A stretch of 43,319 nt of DNA from Octopus bimaculoides. Taxonomy: Eukaryota. Of the stretch, positions 1 through 13,287 are shown one piece after another; the stretch's first letter is position 1; each line of letters starts with the position of its first letter. The stretch covers positions 104,743,254 to 104,786,572 of the forward strand of contig NC_068987.1 of NCBI RefSeq assembly GCF_001194135.2, in the 5' to 3' direction. Below the pieces are notes generated by a model, which did not search any database, was not told the origin of the DNA, and saw only the letters and a program-made list of their open reading frames with translations. A program made the position numbers and the translations under genes.

Positions 1-83
<83 letters not shown>

Positions 84-274
84 ATGCATGTATGTATGTA
101 TGACGGGCAACTGTTTAGTTTTCCTTTACCAAATTTACTCATTAGGCATTCGTGGAGTGGTTATTATAAAAGACATTTGCCGAAGATGCCGCACTATATG
201 ACTGAACCAGAAACCGCTAACTTTACAGTTATGTGTGGTTCTCTTTTTACCTCTTCACCCTCTCTCTCTCCCAA

Positions 275-306
<32 letters not shown>

Positions 307-685
307 AATACACACACATGTATGCATATATGTACATGGGTACGAATATATTACACATGTGTGTGAGTGTGTGTGTTTGAATGTATGTGTGTGCGTTTTT
401 GTGTGAGCCGTCCTCATTTGTTTCATAGAGATGGCTGCATTAAGAAATCCTCTAATAAACAGTTTCTATAGAATGTGTCGTAAACCGATGAATAAACAAC
501 TGTTAGCACCTCCTGTATCTTATTTTCTCTCTATTGTGTTGCTTTGGTACTTAACAATAGCCCGGCACACGCACGGATATCGCTACCATGCTGCGTGCAT
601 ATGTTCCGAAGTAAGTGGGAGGTTGTACGCGTGGGCGTGTGTCTGGATGCGTCTACGTCTCTGTGTATGGGTTTGTGCTTGTGTA

Positions 686-739
<54 letters not shown>

Positions 740-1639
740 NNNNNNNNNNNNNNNNNNNNNNNNNNNNNNNNNNNNNNNNNNNNNNNNNNNNNNNNNNNNN
801 NNNNNNNNNNNNNNNNNNNNNNNNNNNNNNNNNNNNNNNNNNNNNNNNNNNNNNNNNNNNNNNNNNNNNNNNNNNNNNNNNNNNNNNNNNNNNNNNNNNN
901 NNNNNNNNNNNNNNNNNNNNNNNNNNNNNNNNNNNNNNNNNNNNNNNNNNNNNNNNNNNNNNNNNNNNNNNNNNNNNNNNNNNNNNNNNNNNNNNNNNNN
1001 NNNNNNNNNNNNNNNNNNNNNNNNNNNNNNNNNNNNNNNNNNNNNNNNNNNNNNNNNNNNNNNNNNNNNNNNNNNNNNNNNNNNNNNNNNNNNNNNNNNN
1101 NNNNNNNNNNNNNNNNNNNNNNNNNNNNNNNNNNNNNNNNNNNNNNNNNNNNNNNNNNNNNNNNNNNNNNNNNNNNNNNNNNNNNNNNNNNNNNNNNNNN
1201 NNNNNNNNNNNNNNNNNNNNNNNNNNNNNNNNNNNNNNNNNNNNNNNNNNNNNNNNNNNNNNNNNNNNNNNNNNNNNNNNNNNNNNNNNNNNNNNNNNNN
1301 NNNNNNNNNNNNNNNNNNNNNNNNNNNNNNNNNNNNNNNNNNNNNNNNNNNNNNNNNNNNNNNNNNNNNNNNNNNNNNNNNNNNNNNNNNNNNNNNNNNN
1401 NNNNNNNNNNNNNNNNNNNNNNNNNNNNNNNNNNNNNNNNNNNNNNNNNNNNNNNNNNNNNNNNNNNNNNNNNNNNNNNNNNNNNNNNNNNNNNNNNNNN
1501 NNNNNNNNNNNNNNNNNNNNNNNNNNNNNNNNNNNNNNNNNNNNNNNNNNNNNNNNNNNNNNNNNNNNNNNNNNNNNNNNNNNNNNNNNNNNNNNNNNNN
1601 NNNNNNNNNNNNNNNNNNNNNNNNNNNNNNNNNNNNNNC

Positions 1640-1682
1640 TTGTGAGTGGATTTGGTAGACGGAAACTGAAAGAAGCCCGTCC

Positions 1683-1713
<31 letters not shown>

Positions 1714-1924
1714 GTTTGTGTGTCTGTGTTTGTCTCCCTAACATCGCTTGACAACCGATGCTGGTGTGTTTACGTCCCCGTAACATAGCGGTTCGGCAAA
1801 AAAGATCGATAAAATAAGTACTAGGCTTACAAAGAATAAGCCCTGGGGTCGATTTGCTCGACTAAAGGCGGTGCTCCAGCATGACCGCAGTCAAATGACT
1901 GAAACATGTAAAAGAGTAAAAGAG
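1640..1924 (+). mobile_element. SINE family A (tRNA-type head, internal microsatellite), 3' part
   Basis: gtgagtggatttggtagacggaaactgaaagaagcccg...cttgacaaccgatgctggtgtgtttacgtccccg...gaaacatgtaaaagag; shared with the other copies in the window. Confidence 0.85.
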
Positions 1925-2635
1925 CAGTATTTCACCAACAAATGCTATCAGTTTTAAGAATTCTCGATCGGCATTTTTCGGACAATTCAGGTCTCTGTTA
2001 GTGAATGTTTTCATTCATGTACGTAAACTACAGCATTAGTGCATTTTAGCTCGTATTTGTAGCAATGTAGGTGTTTTTCATCACCTTAGTTACACTTAGT
2101 GATAATTATATATANNNNNNNNNNNNNNNNNNNNNNNNNNNNNNNNNNNNNNNNNNNNNNNNNNNNNNNNNNNNNNNNNNNNNNNNNNNNNNNCCTGTAC
2201 GGGACAGTGCTACTGACTTTTATAGCCCCAGGAAGACATCTCTTCCAGCTGGCTAACGACACATATTCTGTGTCCGATTAATATTTGCGAGGGGAGGTCA
2301 TCGCTCCCATCCCTAGCCTTATGTGATCAGTAGCACTATCCCGTTTGGGACGCCACACTTGGTTGGCAATTATATGTTACGATTCCGTATTCCTACTGTT
2401 TACTTCTCGCTCAGAGATTTAATATATTACATGTGTGCGTGTGTATGTGTGTGTGTGTGTATGTGTGTGTGCGTGCGTGCGTGCGTGCGTGCGTGTGTGT
2501 GTGTGTTTGTGTATGTGTGTGTGCGTGTGAGTTACAAAGATGTACAGGTGTCAATTCATTACCTGATACTGTTTGGGTGTGCAAATTAGATCGCCCTAAC
2601 AAGGTGCCTCAATTTAAGTACCTAATTTATATTTT

Positions 2636-2801
2636 AGTGGCTGTGTGGTAAGTAGCTTGATTTCCAACTGCGTGGTACCGGGTTCAGTCCCACTGCGTGG
2701 CACCTTGAACATGAGTCTTCTACTATAGCTCCGGCCGACCAAAACCTTGTGAGTGGATTTGGTAGATGGAAAGTGAAAGAGGTCTGTCATGTGTGTGTGT
2801 G

Positions 2802-2850
<49 letters not shown>

Positions 2851-3064
2851 ATGTATGTTTGTGTGTCCGTGTTTGTACACCCATCATCGCTTGACAACCA
2901 ATGCTGGTGTGTTTACGTCCCCGTATTCTAGCGGTTCGGCAAAATACCGATGGAATAAGTACTAGACTTACAAAGAATAAACCATGGGGTCGATTTGTTC
3001 GACTAACGGTGGTGCTCCAGCATGGCCGCAGTCGAATAACTGAAGCAAATAAAACAATAGAAGA

Positions 3065-3066
<2 letters not shown>
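2636..3066 (+). mobile_element. SINE family A, full-length, with (GATA)n tail
   Basis: Head agtggctgtgtggtaagtagcttg...gggttcagtcccactgcg, internal (TG)n, conserved 3' body. Confidence 0.88.
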
Positions 3067-3123
<57 letters not shown>

Positions 3124-3960
3124 TTAGATATTATATATATGTGATGTGTGTGTGTGCGTGTGTGTGTGTGTTTTGCTCTTAAGCCGAAACATTGTAAGTT
3201 AGAACAAATTATTCAAGTCGATAATTTGTACTTTTACTTTGCTTTTCAATAGTTTGGGATTAGGAGAGTTTCTTCGGGAAAAACATCAGAGAAATGATGA
3301 TATGAGCTCGCAAAACCATTTCTCCGACGATTTCCTAATCCAGAAATACTGGAATACAAGACAAAAGTATAAACCATCGACTTTTATTCTCTCTCATTAC
3401 TTACATTGTTTTCCGTTAAAAAAAATTTAATTAAACCATGTATCTGCATCAGACGATGCTTTGTCTATTATGGCGGTTGTTTCTGCGAATCTGCGCAAAT
3501 AATTTGTTTTATAGTGGTACTGCACATTAGGTCACTCCTTCCATCAAATCAACGTTCTCTTAACAGGTGCATGGTGTACCACACATCAGATGTCGAAGTG
3601 ATCACAGAATAACGTGAGATGAAGGGTTTTGCGCAAGAACACAACGCCATGCCCGGTTCTGGAATCATAATCTCGATCTCGCAAAATATGTGACACTGCT
3701 CCTATGTTAGAAATAATTGCTATATTGAGGTACTGATGCCTTTTCTTCTCATGAATACTTTCGATTCATGTATTAGATTTATGTAATATATTATTTCTGT
3801 AACATTTCGCTACACATAGAAAGTATTAAGTCGATCGTATTGTAATGTCATCAGAAACAATTTCCTTATCTACGATTTATAGTAGTTAGCTTTTTCTACC
3901 CCAATAAGATTTTGCAAGTGAAAAGGATTAATTGTAACAGCACTACGCTACCTCCTCCGT

Positions 3961-4301
<341 letters not shown>

Positions 4302-4981
4302 AAGCAACGTTTTTTCCACAAAGACAAAATCCCGCAACGAATGTTTTTCACGTTCTAAAGTAAGGGAGCACATTAAGAATAAATGTATGCACCATTAATC
4401 CTCAATGCTTCGTGTTCGTATACGAAACATATTGCAGTTTGGCAAGCCTTAATACATACCAACAAATGCAGCATTTGCTGTCTTCCGTATATAGGAACAA
4501 AGTCTCTTGCATTACATCAAATTACCGAAGTGTCGTCTGCACTGAAGTGGCTAAATCATGCTGAAATATCGATTCTGATCGTCTACAGCCGTCTAAATGC
4601 AAACCGATGTCTACTTTGCATTTCATCATTTTGGTGGCAGTAAATAGATTACTAGTCCATAATAGTGGGTCGGAGGAATTACTAGAGCATTGCGCAGAAT
4701 ATCTTGTAGCGTCTCAGCTTTCGCGATGATTATGTTCTAAGGTGGATACCTTGTCCTCTCCCAGAACATGGGTGGTGTGAAGAGGTCTACTTGCACAAAT
4801 GAAAAACTAATGATCTTTCATTATGTAGGCCTACATACATACATATATACGCACATACACACACACATACATATATGCATACACACACATGCACACACAC
4901 ACACACGCACACACACACGCACACACACATATATATACACGTACATATATATTATATATAAACAAATACATGCATATATCG

Positions 4982-5360
4982 TGGCACACCGTCGGTTACA
5001 ACGACGTGGGTTCCAGGTGATCCGATCAACGGAACAGCCTGCTCGTGAAATTAACGTGCAAGTGGCTGAGCACTCCACAGACACGTGTACCCTTAACGTA
5101 GTTCTCGGGGATATTCAGCGTGACACAGAGTGTGACAAGGCTGGCCCTTTGAATTACAGGTACAACAGAAACAGAAAGAAAGAGTGAGAGAAAGTTGTGG
5201 TGAAAGTGTACAGCAGGGTTCGCCACCACCCTCTGTCGGAACCTCGGGGAGGTTTAGGTGCTTTCGCTCAATAAACACTCACAACGCCCGGTCTGGGAAT
5301 CGAAACCGCGATCCCATGACCGCGAGTCCGCTGCCCTAACCACTGAGCCATTGCGCCTCC
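4982..5360 (-). mobile_element. tRNA-derived SINE family C, full-length
   Basis: Minus head GGAGGCGCAATGGCTCAGTGGTTAGGGCAGCGG with A box (5340-5350) and B-box-like GGTTTCGATTCC (5296-5307). Part of its body recurs at 6310-6371. Confidence 0.85.
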
Positions 5361-5455
5361 ACGCATACATATATATATATATGTGTGTTTGTGTGTGTAT
5401 GTGTGCGTGTGCGCGCGTGTGCTTAGTCCGTCCTCCATATACATACAAACGCACA

Positions 5456-5559
5456 CACATACATATATAATGTAACATACACACATACATATATAATGTA
5501 ACATACACACATACATATATAATGTAACATACACACATACATATATAATGTAACGCACA
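5456..5559 (+). repeat. 26-bp minisatellite x4
   Basis: Unit CACATACATATATAATGTAACATACA; the last copy is slightly diverged. Confidence 0.9.
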
Positions 5560-5670
5560 CATACACACACAAACACACAAATACACACACACAAACACAC
5601 ACGCACACACAAACACACACACACGTGTGCATAAATGTATGCTATCTTAATATGCAAGTGTTTATATTTA

Positions 5671-6850
5671 CGAGTGTGTCCCGAATGTAAGGCAAAATTA
5701 AGCAAAACTTTTTTTAATTAGCATCCTCAACTCATGCAAATAGCATATGTTGGTAGAGTTCCTCTTCCTCTGCATAAAAATGCTGCTTAATATATTTCTA
5801 TTACAGGCTATGTAGTTGTGCCATCGTTGAACCCAACTTTCGAATCCTCTCTGAAAATATATAAACGTTTGCACTGTTGTACCCACTTCTTCATAGTCAA
5901 TTTTACCTCGTCCGTGTCATCAAATTTTTGTCCTCTGAAGACTGTTTAATGAAAAAGGGAGATGGCAGTCGGAGGAAACCAACTCAGGGTTGTATGGTAT
6001 GTAGAGTACCATTAACCTGTCCAATTTGCTGAGTTCCTGGTGTGTTGCCAAATAGGATTGTGGTCACGCATTGTCATAATGCATGTGAATTGTCCTCTGA
6101 TTCTTCTCTATACTCTTTAATGACTTCTCTATACTCTTTAATGATTTCTCTATACTTCTCTATACTTTTTTAATATCTCAGTTTACCGCTCACTGTTCAC
6201 GGTACACCAGTTTCAAGTAAAACAGGAAAAAAAGATCAAGAAGAATGACGTCCTTGTCAGCCTCCAAAACAACCACGATGAATTTCTCTTCTGATCACTG
6301 CCACATATAAAGAAAGAGTGAGAGAAAGTTGTGGTGAAAGTGTACAGCAGGGTTCGCCACCACCCTCTGCCCTCTTAGGCCTTGGGGAAGAGGTGTGACA
6401 CTATTCAATGGAATGAGCTTTCGTTTCTGGATCATAAAGATACGTCCACTCTTCAAACGCTTCCAGCAAATCAGAGCAGGCTTCCATCCTTTTCTACTTT
6501 AAATCGTTTGTCAGGTGCTTCGTTGCCCACTTTGCACACACTTTCCAATACTCAAAGTCTTCCACCAATCTACTGCATTGCATTGTAACCACGGCGCAGC
6601 TGTGCCTCAAGCTCTTGGATTGTGATCGTCTGTCCACCTGAATCAGTTTCTCCACTCGCTGACGATTCGTGTCAGCGGTCGCAGTCAATGTTCTTCCACT
6701 GAGTGGTTTGTCTTCAATACTAGTTCTCTCTTCTTTAAACTTATTCATCTTATTAATAGTGTTATCTCCGTAGAGAGCCTGTAGCTTTCTGTCGATGTCG
6801 GAGAGCCTGCATGAATCCAATGACTGCACGTTGCTACTGATCGGGACCCA
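5671..6850 (-). mobile_element. Decayed mariner (Tc1/mariner DDD) transposon, near full-length transposase relic
   Basis: Minus-strand fragments in the canonical order: LQALYGD...EDKPLSGR...VEKLIQVDRR...YWKVCAKWATKHLT (WVP-LT region), WTYLYDPETK, HYDNA*PQ (HDNARPH), YIPYNPELVSSDCHL (HPPYSPDLAPSDFHL), GQKFDDTDEVK. Contains stops and frameshifts and is interrupted by a SINE piece at about 6310-6371. Confidence 0.8.
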
Positions 6851-7152
6851 TTGTTTACCTGAAATGAAAAAGAACAGGTAGAAGATTTACTAAAGGGGAA
6901 GAATTATTCTGATAAGATATGCAATTCGAAAGACCTATGTCAGTTAATAAAAAGCTATTCCCTCTTTTGCATTATGTATGTATGTATGTATGTATGTATG
7001 TATGCATGCATGTACGTATGTATGTGTATACGTATCTGTATATTTATGTTATGTATGCATGTATGTACATGTGTATGTGTGTGCATGCATGTATGTATGT
7101 ATATATACACACACAACGCACGCGTATTTATATATAGGCAGAGTTAGGTATA

Positions 7153-7184
<32 letters not shown>

Positions 7185-7369
7185 GAACAGACAGATCCAT
7201 GCATACCATATTATGTTTAAGTATATACATATGTGTGTGTATGTGTGTGTGTGTGTGTGTGTGTGTACTCGCATGTCTACAGTTTTTGTACAAGCACAAA
7301 ACACACACGTGCGTTTTGTGCGTTTTTCTGTGTGTGCGAGTGTATATGCGTTGTGTATATATGTGTGTT

Positions 7370-7400
<31 letters not shown>

Positions 7401-8074
7401 TTGAGAGTTTATGCACTTATACACATACTCGCAGAGATAGATAAAGCAAAATTTTTCAAAACGAAGAATAGAAAGTGCAGAGGAAAAAATTAAAAACAAA
7501 AGAAAAGAAAATCAAAGAAAGACTGAGCTAGAGACACATTAACAATGCCATGGATTCATAAACAGACACTCGTACACAATCATGAATATATAATACGTAT
7601 TCATAAAAGCGCTTTGTCACATAATCCAACATTTAGTTTTATCTTTTGATCAGTTCGTTCAAATCTCACCCTGACTGGGATTAGTTGAGTAAACTGATCT
7701 AGATCGTGTTGCTACTGTTCATGCGAGTTGCCCAGCAACCGTAACTCTTCACTCCATCTTCAAAGACAGAAGTCTGAATTTAACCGATTAATTTGCTGCC
7801 AGGACATCTAATATGACAAGAGAAAGGTATACAGACATCTAACTCTGGACATTATTTGTTTCAAGTACGTTGTCTCCGGCCGCTTCTATTAGTTCGATTT
7901 TTTTTTGTCTTTTTTGTTTTATGAGTGTAACATCGGATTCAATCTACCTTAAGCAAATCTAAGTGCAGGTTGAACCGTACGAAAATAATTTGGTGTATTC
8001 ATATCGGTAGGTTCAATGTACAAACATAACAATTCACTATTAGGTAGCGGATACACATGTGGAACCTTTATATA

Positions 8075-8455
8075 AGGCGTGGCTGTGTTGTGAGAAGCTT
8101 GCTTCCCAACCACTTGGTTCTGGGTTCAGTCCCACGGCGTGGCACCTTGCGCATCAAAGCCTTGTGAGTGGATTCGGTAGATGGAAACTGAAAGAAGCCC
8201 TTCGTATATTTTTCTCTCTGTGTGCTCGTGTGTGAGTGCCTTTATGTCTGTGTTTGTCCCCCACCATGCTTGACAACATGTATTAGTGTTTACGTCCCCG
8301 TAACCTAGCGATTTGATAACAAAGATCGATACAATAAATACCAGACTTTAAAAAAAAATTAAGAACTGGGGTCGATTTATTCGACTAAAAAATTCTCAAG
8401 GTGGTGCCCCAGCATGGCCGCAGTCTGTTGGGTGAAACAAGTAAAAGATCAGAAG
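8075..8455 (+). mobile_element. SINE family A, internally deleted copy
   Basis: Same head and 3' body as 2636-3066; lacks the ggcaagtgtcttctactatag segment. Confidence 0.85.
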
Positions 8456-9327
8456 TATTTATGCGTGTGTGTGTGTGTGTGTGTGTGTGTGCATACTTGT
8501 GCGTGTGTGTGTGTATGTGTGTGTGAAAGAGAGAGAGAGAATGCGTGTGTGTGTGTGTGTGTGTTTGAATCTCTTATTCGTAACACTGGATTCAATCGAT
8601 ATTAAACAAAATTAAGTGCAGATTGGGCTTTATTAAAATATTTGAATTTAAATCATTGATAGTCTCAAAACCCTCTGAGTCCTGGGCTCTTCGGGCCCCT
8701 GTGTCTAACCCTCTGGGCCCATGTGTCTAACTTTATGCTCTGTCTAACTTTATGCTGTGTCTAACCTAAGCTCCCGAGTAAAAAAGTAAATAGTAACATA
8801 TACAGCTCAAGAGTAACGACTGAAGGCAAACTAATGGGCGGACCGGGCTGCATCTTCGTTTTCTACGTATGTTGTTCATTATCGCTTCACCGAGAATTCT
8901 GCAGAGATGACGTTTAAGCTATTCCCGCCATAGCAGGAATGCGGTGTGACAAGGTTAAATGCAAATTTCCCTTCTTTTCCATAAATAACGAATCCGCAGA
9001 CAATAAGTAGCATGAGTTTCATGAGATATTATTCAGAAGTGAATATGGTGAGATAGTAAAAACAATTGAGCACTGCAATATATCCACGTCTTTATTTTCT
9101 GGGTTCAAATCCTACTTCGGTAACTTGCCCACGAGTCAAATAAATTAAGAATTATCCATTTGTTTCAAGCATTGCAACTGATATTCTTAACTGAACATTA
9201 ATCAATAATTAGATAAATGTTCTTGTAACAATTACGCATTTATAGTAAGGTGGTGAATGGCAGAGCAACAGATCATATGATTTGCGAGATTTCCATACTT
9301 TGATATTGCATTGAAACTATATATATA

Positions 9328-9558
9328 CAGGGTTGGCCAAAAGTCACCCAACAGTAAAACAAAATTCATAAATACTATCTGTAATTCTGTATTGACTCAA
9401 ATGGAAAAATGTGTCGCTCAAGGACTTCAGTTTGAACAATTTTCATGATATTTCATACTTAGATGCTTTTATTAAATTCATTCAGTTCATAAACATAAAT
9501 AAAATCTTGGAATTAAATGGTTTTTGATTTACTGTCAGGTGACTTTTGGCCAGCCCTG
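9328..9558. mobile_element. Tc1/mariner-type MITE, 231 bp
   Basis: 31-bp TIRs CAGGGTTGGCCAAAAGTCACCCAACAGTAAA versus CAGGGCTGGCCAAAAGTCACCTGACAGTAAA (3 mismatches), flanked by TA at 9326-9327 and 9559-9560. Confidence 0.85.
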
Positions 9559-9596
9559 TATTTTTGTAAAGACAACCAGTGTTAGTAGTCTGTCAT

Positions 9597-9812
9597 AAGG
9601 CGGCGAGTTGGCAAAATTGTTAGTATATCACGCAAAATGCATAATAGCATTTCTTCCGGCCCTCTACGTTCTGAGTTCAAAATCCGCCGAGGTGGATTTT
9701 GCCTTTCATCGTTTCGGGATCGATAAAATAGGTACCAGTTGAGTACTGGTACGGGTCAATGTAATCGACTATCTTTCTCCCTTGTCGCCTTGTGTCAAAA
9801 TCTGAAAACATT
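9597..9812 (+). mobile_element. SINE family B
   Basis: aaggcggcgagttggc...gttctgagttcaaaatccgccgagg...gcctttcatc...gataaaataggtaccagt; recurs many times in the window. Confidence 0.8.
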
Positions 9813-9865
9813 ACCTGCACAAACATGTGTATTATTCATATCTATTGCTCATAGACACAAACATA

Positions 9866-10235
9866 CTTGTGTGGTAAAAAGTTTGCTTCCCAACGACACG
9901 GTTCCGGATTTAGTCTAATTGCCTTGCAGCTTGGGCAAGTGTCTTCTGCTATAGACCTGAGCCGACCAAAACCTTGCGTGTAGGTTTCGTTGACAGAAAC
10001 TGAAAGAAGCTCGTTGTACATATATATGTGTGCGTACGTTTGTGTCCCGTCACCGCTTGGCAAACGGTATGGTTTGTTTACATACCCATAAATTAGCGGT
10101 TCGACGAAGAGATCGATAGAATACGCATCAGGCGTTAAAAATGAGTACTGGGGTCGATTTGTTCGGCAAAAATTTTCAAAGGCCGTGCCACAGCTTGAGT
10201 GCAATCAATAACTGAAACAAGTAAATGATAAAAGA
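9866..10235 (+). mobile_element. SINE family A, diverged copy
   Basis: tgtgtggtaaaaagtttgcttccc...ttgggcaagtgtcttctgctatag...actgaaacaagtaa. Confidence 0.8.
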
Positions 10236-11571
10236 TACATCTAACCTTGCTTATCACTGATCCAGATAACACGGTGCTCTCAACCGTGTTACGTTTTTCA
10301 AGAATTGATTTGTGATAACACGGGCCAGCGATCAGACAAAGATTCTGCTTTGACCGCAATAGTGTGCCTCAGCGACTATCCACAATGCTCAGGACAACCC
10401 GAGGTCTCGGAACGAAACCTATTTTCCCCATTTGGTAGAACAAACCAGAAATTTTTGTAAACAGTTCACCGTATATTCTCTCTTGTATCGATAAACGATA
10501 ATTACTCAATATTTTTGATGAATTATGAGATTTTCAGTTTCATATACTTTTAGCATTGTTTCTTATCAAAAGAGATCAATATTTTCTTACCTGCTAGTAA
10601 TAATATTTTCTTTAGTTGACATATATCACCACAAGTATGCTAATATTTGATATTATTCAATAGATGGTACTTATCATTCACTGCGTCATTAATATCCTTG
10701 ATAAAATACTTGTTGACAGTAATGTGGTAGGTAGACTAAAACAGTTTAGTGCCAGCCTAAAGGACTCTTGTTGATAAAAAGATGCAGATTATAAAATATT
10801 TCAGTTTCATGTGTTCAAAATCACATCGCTCCCTCTTTCTCTCTCCTTCTCCCACTCTCTCTCTCTNNNNNNNNNNNNNNNNNNNNNNNNNNNNNNNNNN
10901 NNNNNNNNNNNNNNNNNNNNNNNNNNNNNNNNNNNNNNNNNNNNNNNNNNNNNNNNNNNNNNNNNNNNNNNNNNNNNNNNNNNNNNNNNNNNNNNNNNNN
11001 NNNNNNNNNNNNNNNNNNNNNNNNNNNNNNNNNNNNNNNNNNNNNNNNNNNNNNNNNNNNNNNNNNNNNNNNNNNNNNNNNNNNNNNNNNNNNNNNNNNN
11101 NNNNNNNNNNNNNNNNNNNNNNNNNNNNNNNNNNNNNNNNNNNNNNNNNNNNNNNNNNNNNNNNNNNNNNNNNNNNNNNNNNNNNNNNNNNNNNNNNNNN
11201 NNNNNNNNNNNNNNNNNNNNNNNNNNNNNNNNNNNNNNNNNNNNNNNNNNNNNNNNNNNNNNNNNNNNNNNNNNNNNNNNNNNNNNNNNNNNNNNNNNNN
11301 NNNNNNNNNNNNNNNNNNNNNNNNNNNNNNNNNNNNNNNNNNNNNNNNNNNNNNNNNNNNNNNNNNNNNNNNNNNNNNNNNNNNNNNNNNNNNNNNNNNN
11401 NNNNNNNNNNNNNNNNNNNNNNNNNNNNNNNNNNNNNNNNNNNNNNNNNNNNNNNNNNNNNNNNNNNNNNNNNNNNNNNNNNNNNNNNNNNNNNNNNNNN
11501 NNNNNNNNNNNNNNNNNNNNNNNNNNNNNNNNNNNNNNNNNNNNNNNNNNNNNGTGTGTGTGTGTGTGTGA

Positions 11572-11918
11572 AGATGCATGGTTCAGTGGTTGGAGTTTCG
11601 GGCTCACAATTATAAGGTAGTGAGTTCGATTCCCGGACCGGGCTGTGTATTGTGTTCTTGAGCAAGACACTTTATTTCACGTTGCTCCAGTTCACTCAGC
11701 AATAGAAATGAGTGCGACATCATTGTTGCTAAGCTGTATTAGCATTTGTCTTTCCCTTGGACAACATCAGTGGCGTTGAGAAGGGAGGCTGCTATGAATA
11801 GGCGACTGCTAATCTTCTATAAATAACCTCTCCTGGACTTGTGCCTCGGAGGAGAACTTTCTATGTGCAATCCCATGGTCATTCATGACCGAAAGACGTC
11901 CTTACCCTTCATCCTTTA
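11572..11918 (+). mobile_element. tRNA-derived SINE family D
   Basis: A box TGGTTCAGTGG, B box GAGTTCGATTCC, followed by tgtgttcttgagcaagacacttta central domain. Confidence 0.8.
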
Positions 11919-12149
11919 TATATACGCGCGTGTGTGTATGAGTGCACGCTTGGGAATATATGTATACGTGTGTATCTCCTCGTGTTAAGGAAGCGTTATG
12001 CTACGGAACAACCTTGACGTAACGTGGATTTCTGTAACGCAGAACGCATTTCTTATTCACTTCAATGCAGTATAGAGGTCAATGAAGAATAGTTTTCACA
12101 TAATGGCACGATTTTCCCTGAACGCAAGTCTTCTTTAGCACATAGTTAC

Positions 12150-12229
<80 letters not shown>

Positions 12230-13287
12230 TTACAGTGATGTTTAGATATTGTGTATACTTCAATCCTCGCTGGTTCTACATTCTGAAACAGTACCTCACT
12301 CTTTGAGTAACTGTCTCTGCATTGAGACTGTAGTACACCACTTCTGTTTGATCTTTGTATTTCTGGATTCAAATTCTCTATTAATCAAACTTCTGTATTT
12401 TGCAAGTACTCCTAAACGCATACACATCAGTAATTTCATCAACAGATGCTTACATTTTATTGCAAACTAAATATAACCACATTAAATTTTAACCAACACT
12501 CATATTTCTGACACTCTCCTTTCATCAGTCTTTCATACACTGGGATTTCGAGTATTGTTTCTTATTTCACTCGACATTATGCTTGACCTTATCCTGAATC
12601 TAATTCATCTCTTATATCCTCTAGATGTATATTCTGCCAAATTCCTCCAATAACAATTCCAGTGTCTCGAAATCTATTCTATTTAACACCTTGAAATAAT
12701 ACACATTTCAATCGTATCTCTTCTGACCAAATTTATTAACATCATTTATTGTATCGACTTGGAACCAAATGCAACAGGATCTTTTGTTATAGAAATATGT
12801 AGTTCAATTCCTAAAATCATGACCTTCGCCACTCTAAACCCACTTATTATATAACTGTACCATCACTTCTGACTTCATAGAACCGATTATAAATTACCCA
12901 CTTGAATTTAAACTACTTTTATTCATCGAAGCTGCTTCAGAAAGCACTAAAACCACTTGTCGAATGAAATTTTAGTCTGATACAAAGTTTTGCTCTCAAG
13001 ACTAATTGCCAAGTTTCTCACCTATAAAACATGACTGCATTTATTCACCATTTGGAAATTAATTTTGTTTCTTAATATCATCAGAAATTGGGCTTAGATA
13101 AAATTCAGGGAGTGTTACTATGTATCATTAATAACCTCTTAGCAATAAATTCAACGTTCACGATATGTACTGAACCTATTGAAAGTTGGAATGCTGGTTT
13201 AAATCTTTGTATGAATCGAACCGAACATTCTGAACATAGTGACATTATTGCCAAATATGCAAAATAACAGTTTCTGATTCTGGAAGA

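Noticed and set aside
42-2931. Long ORFs rich in CV/HT/YI dipeptides or X runs (also 4098-4373, 5254-5705, 6919-7499, 10757-11670, 16934-17803, 23226-23948, 26193-27014, 28088-28702, 35550-36048)
   Set aside because: They are translations of (TG)n/(TA)n microsatellites, SINEs and N-gaps, not genes.
5290-5360. tRNA-like sequence with A and B boxes
   Set aside because: It continues directly into a SINE body that recurs at 6310-6371; a SINE head rather than a tRNA gene.
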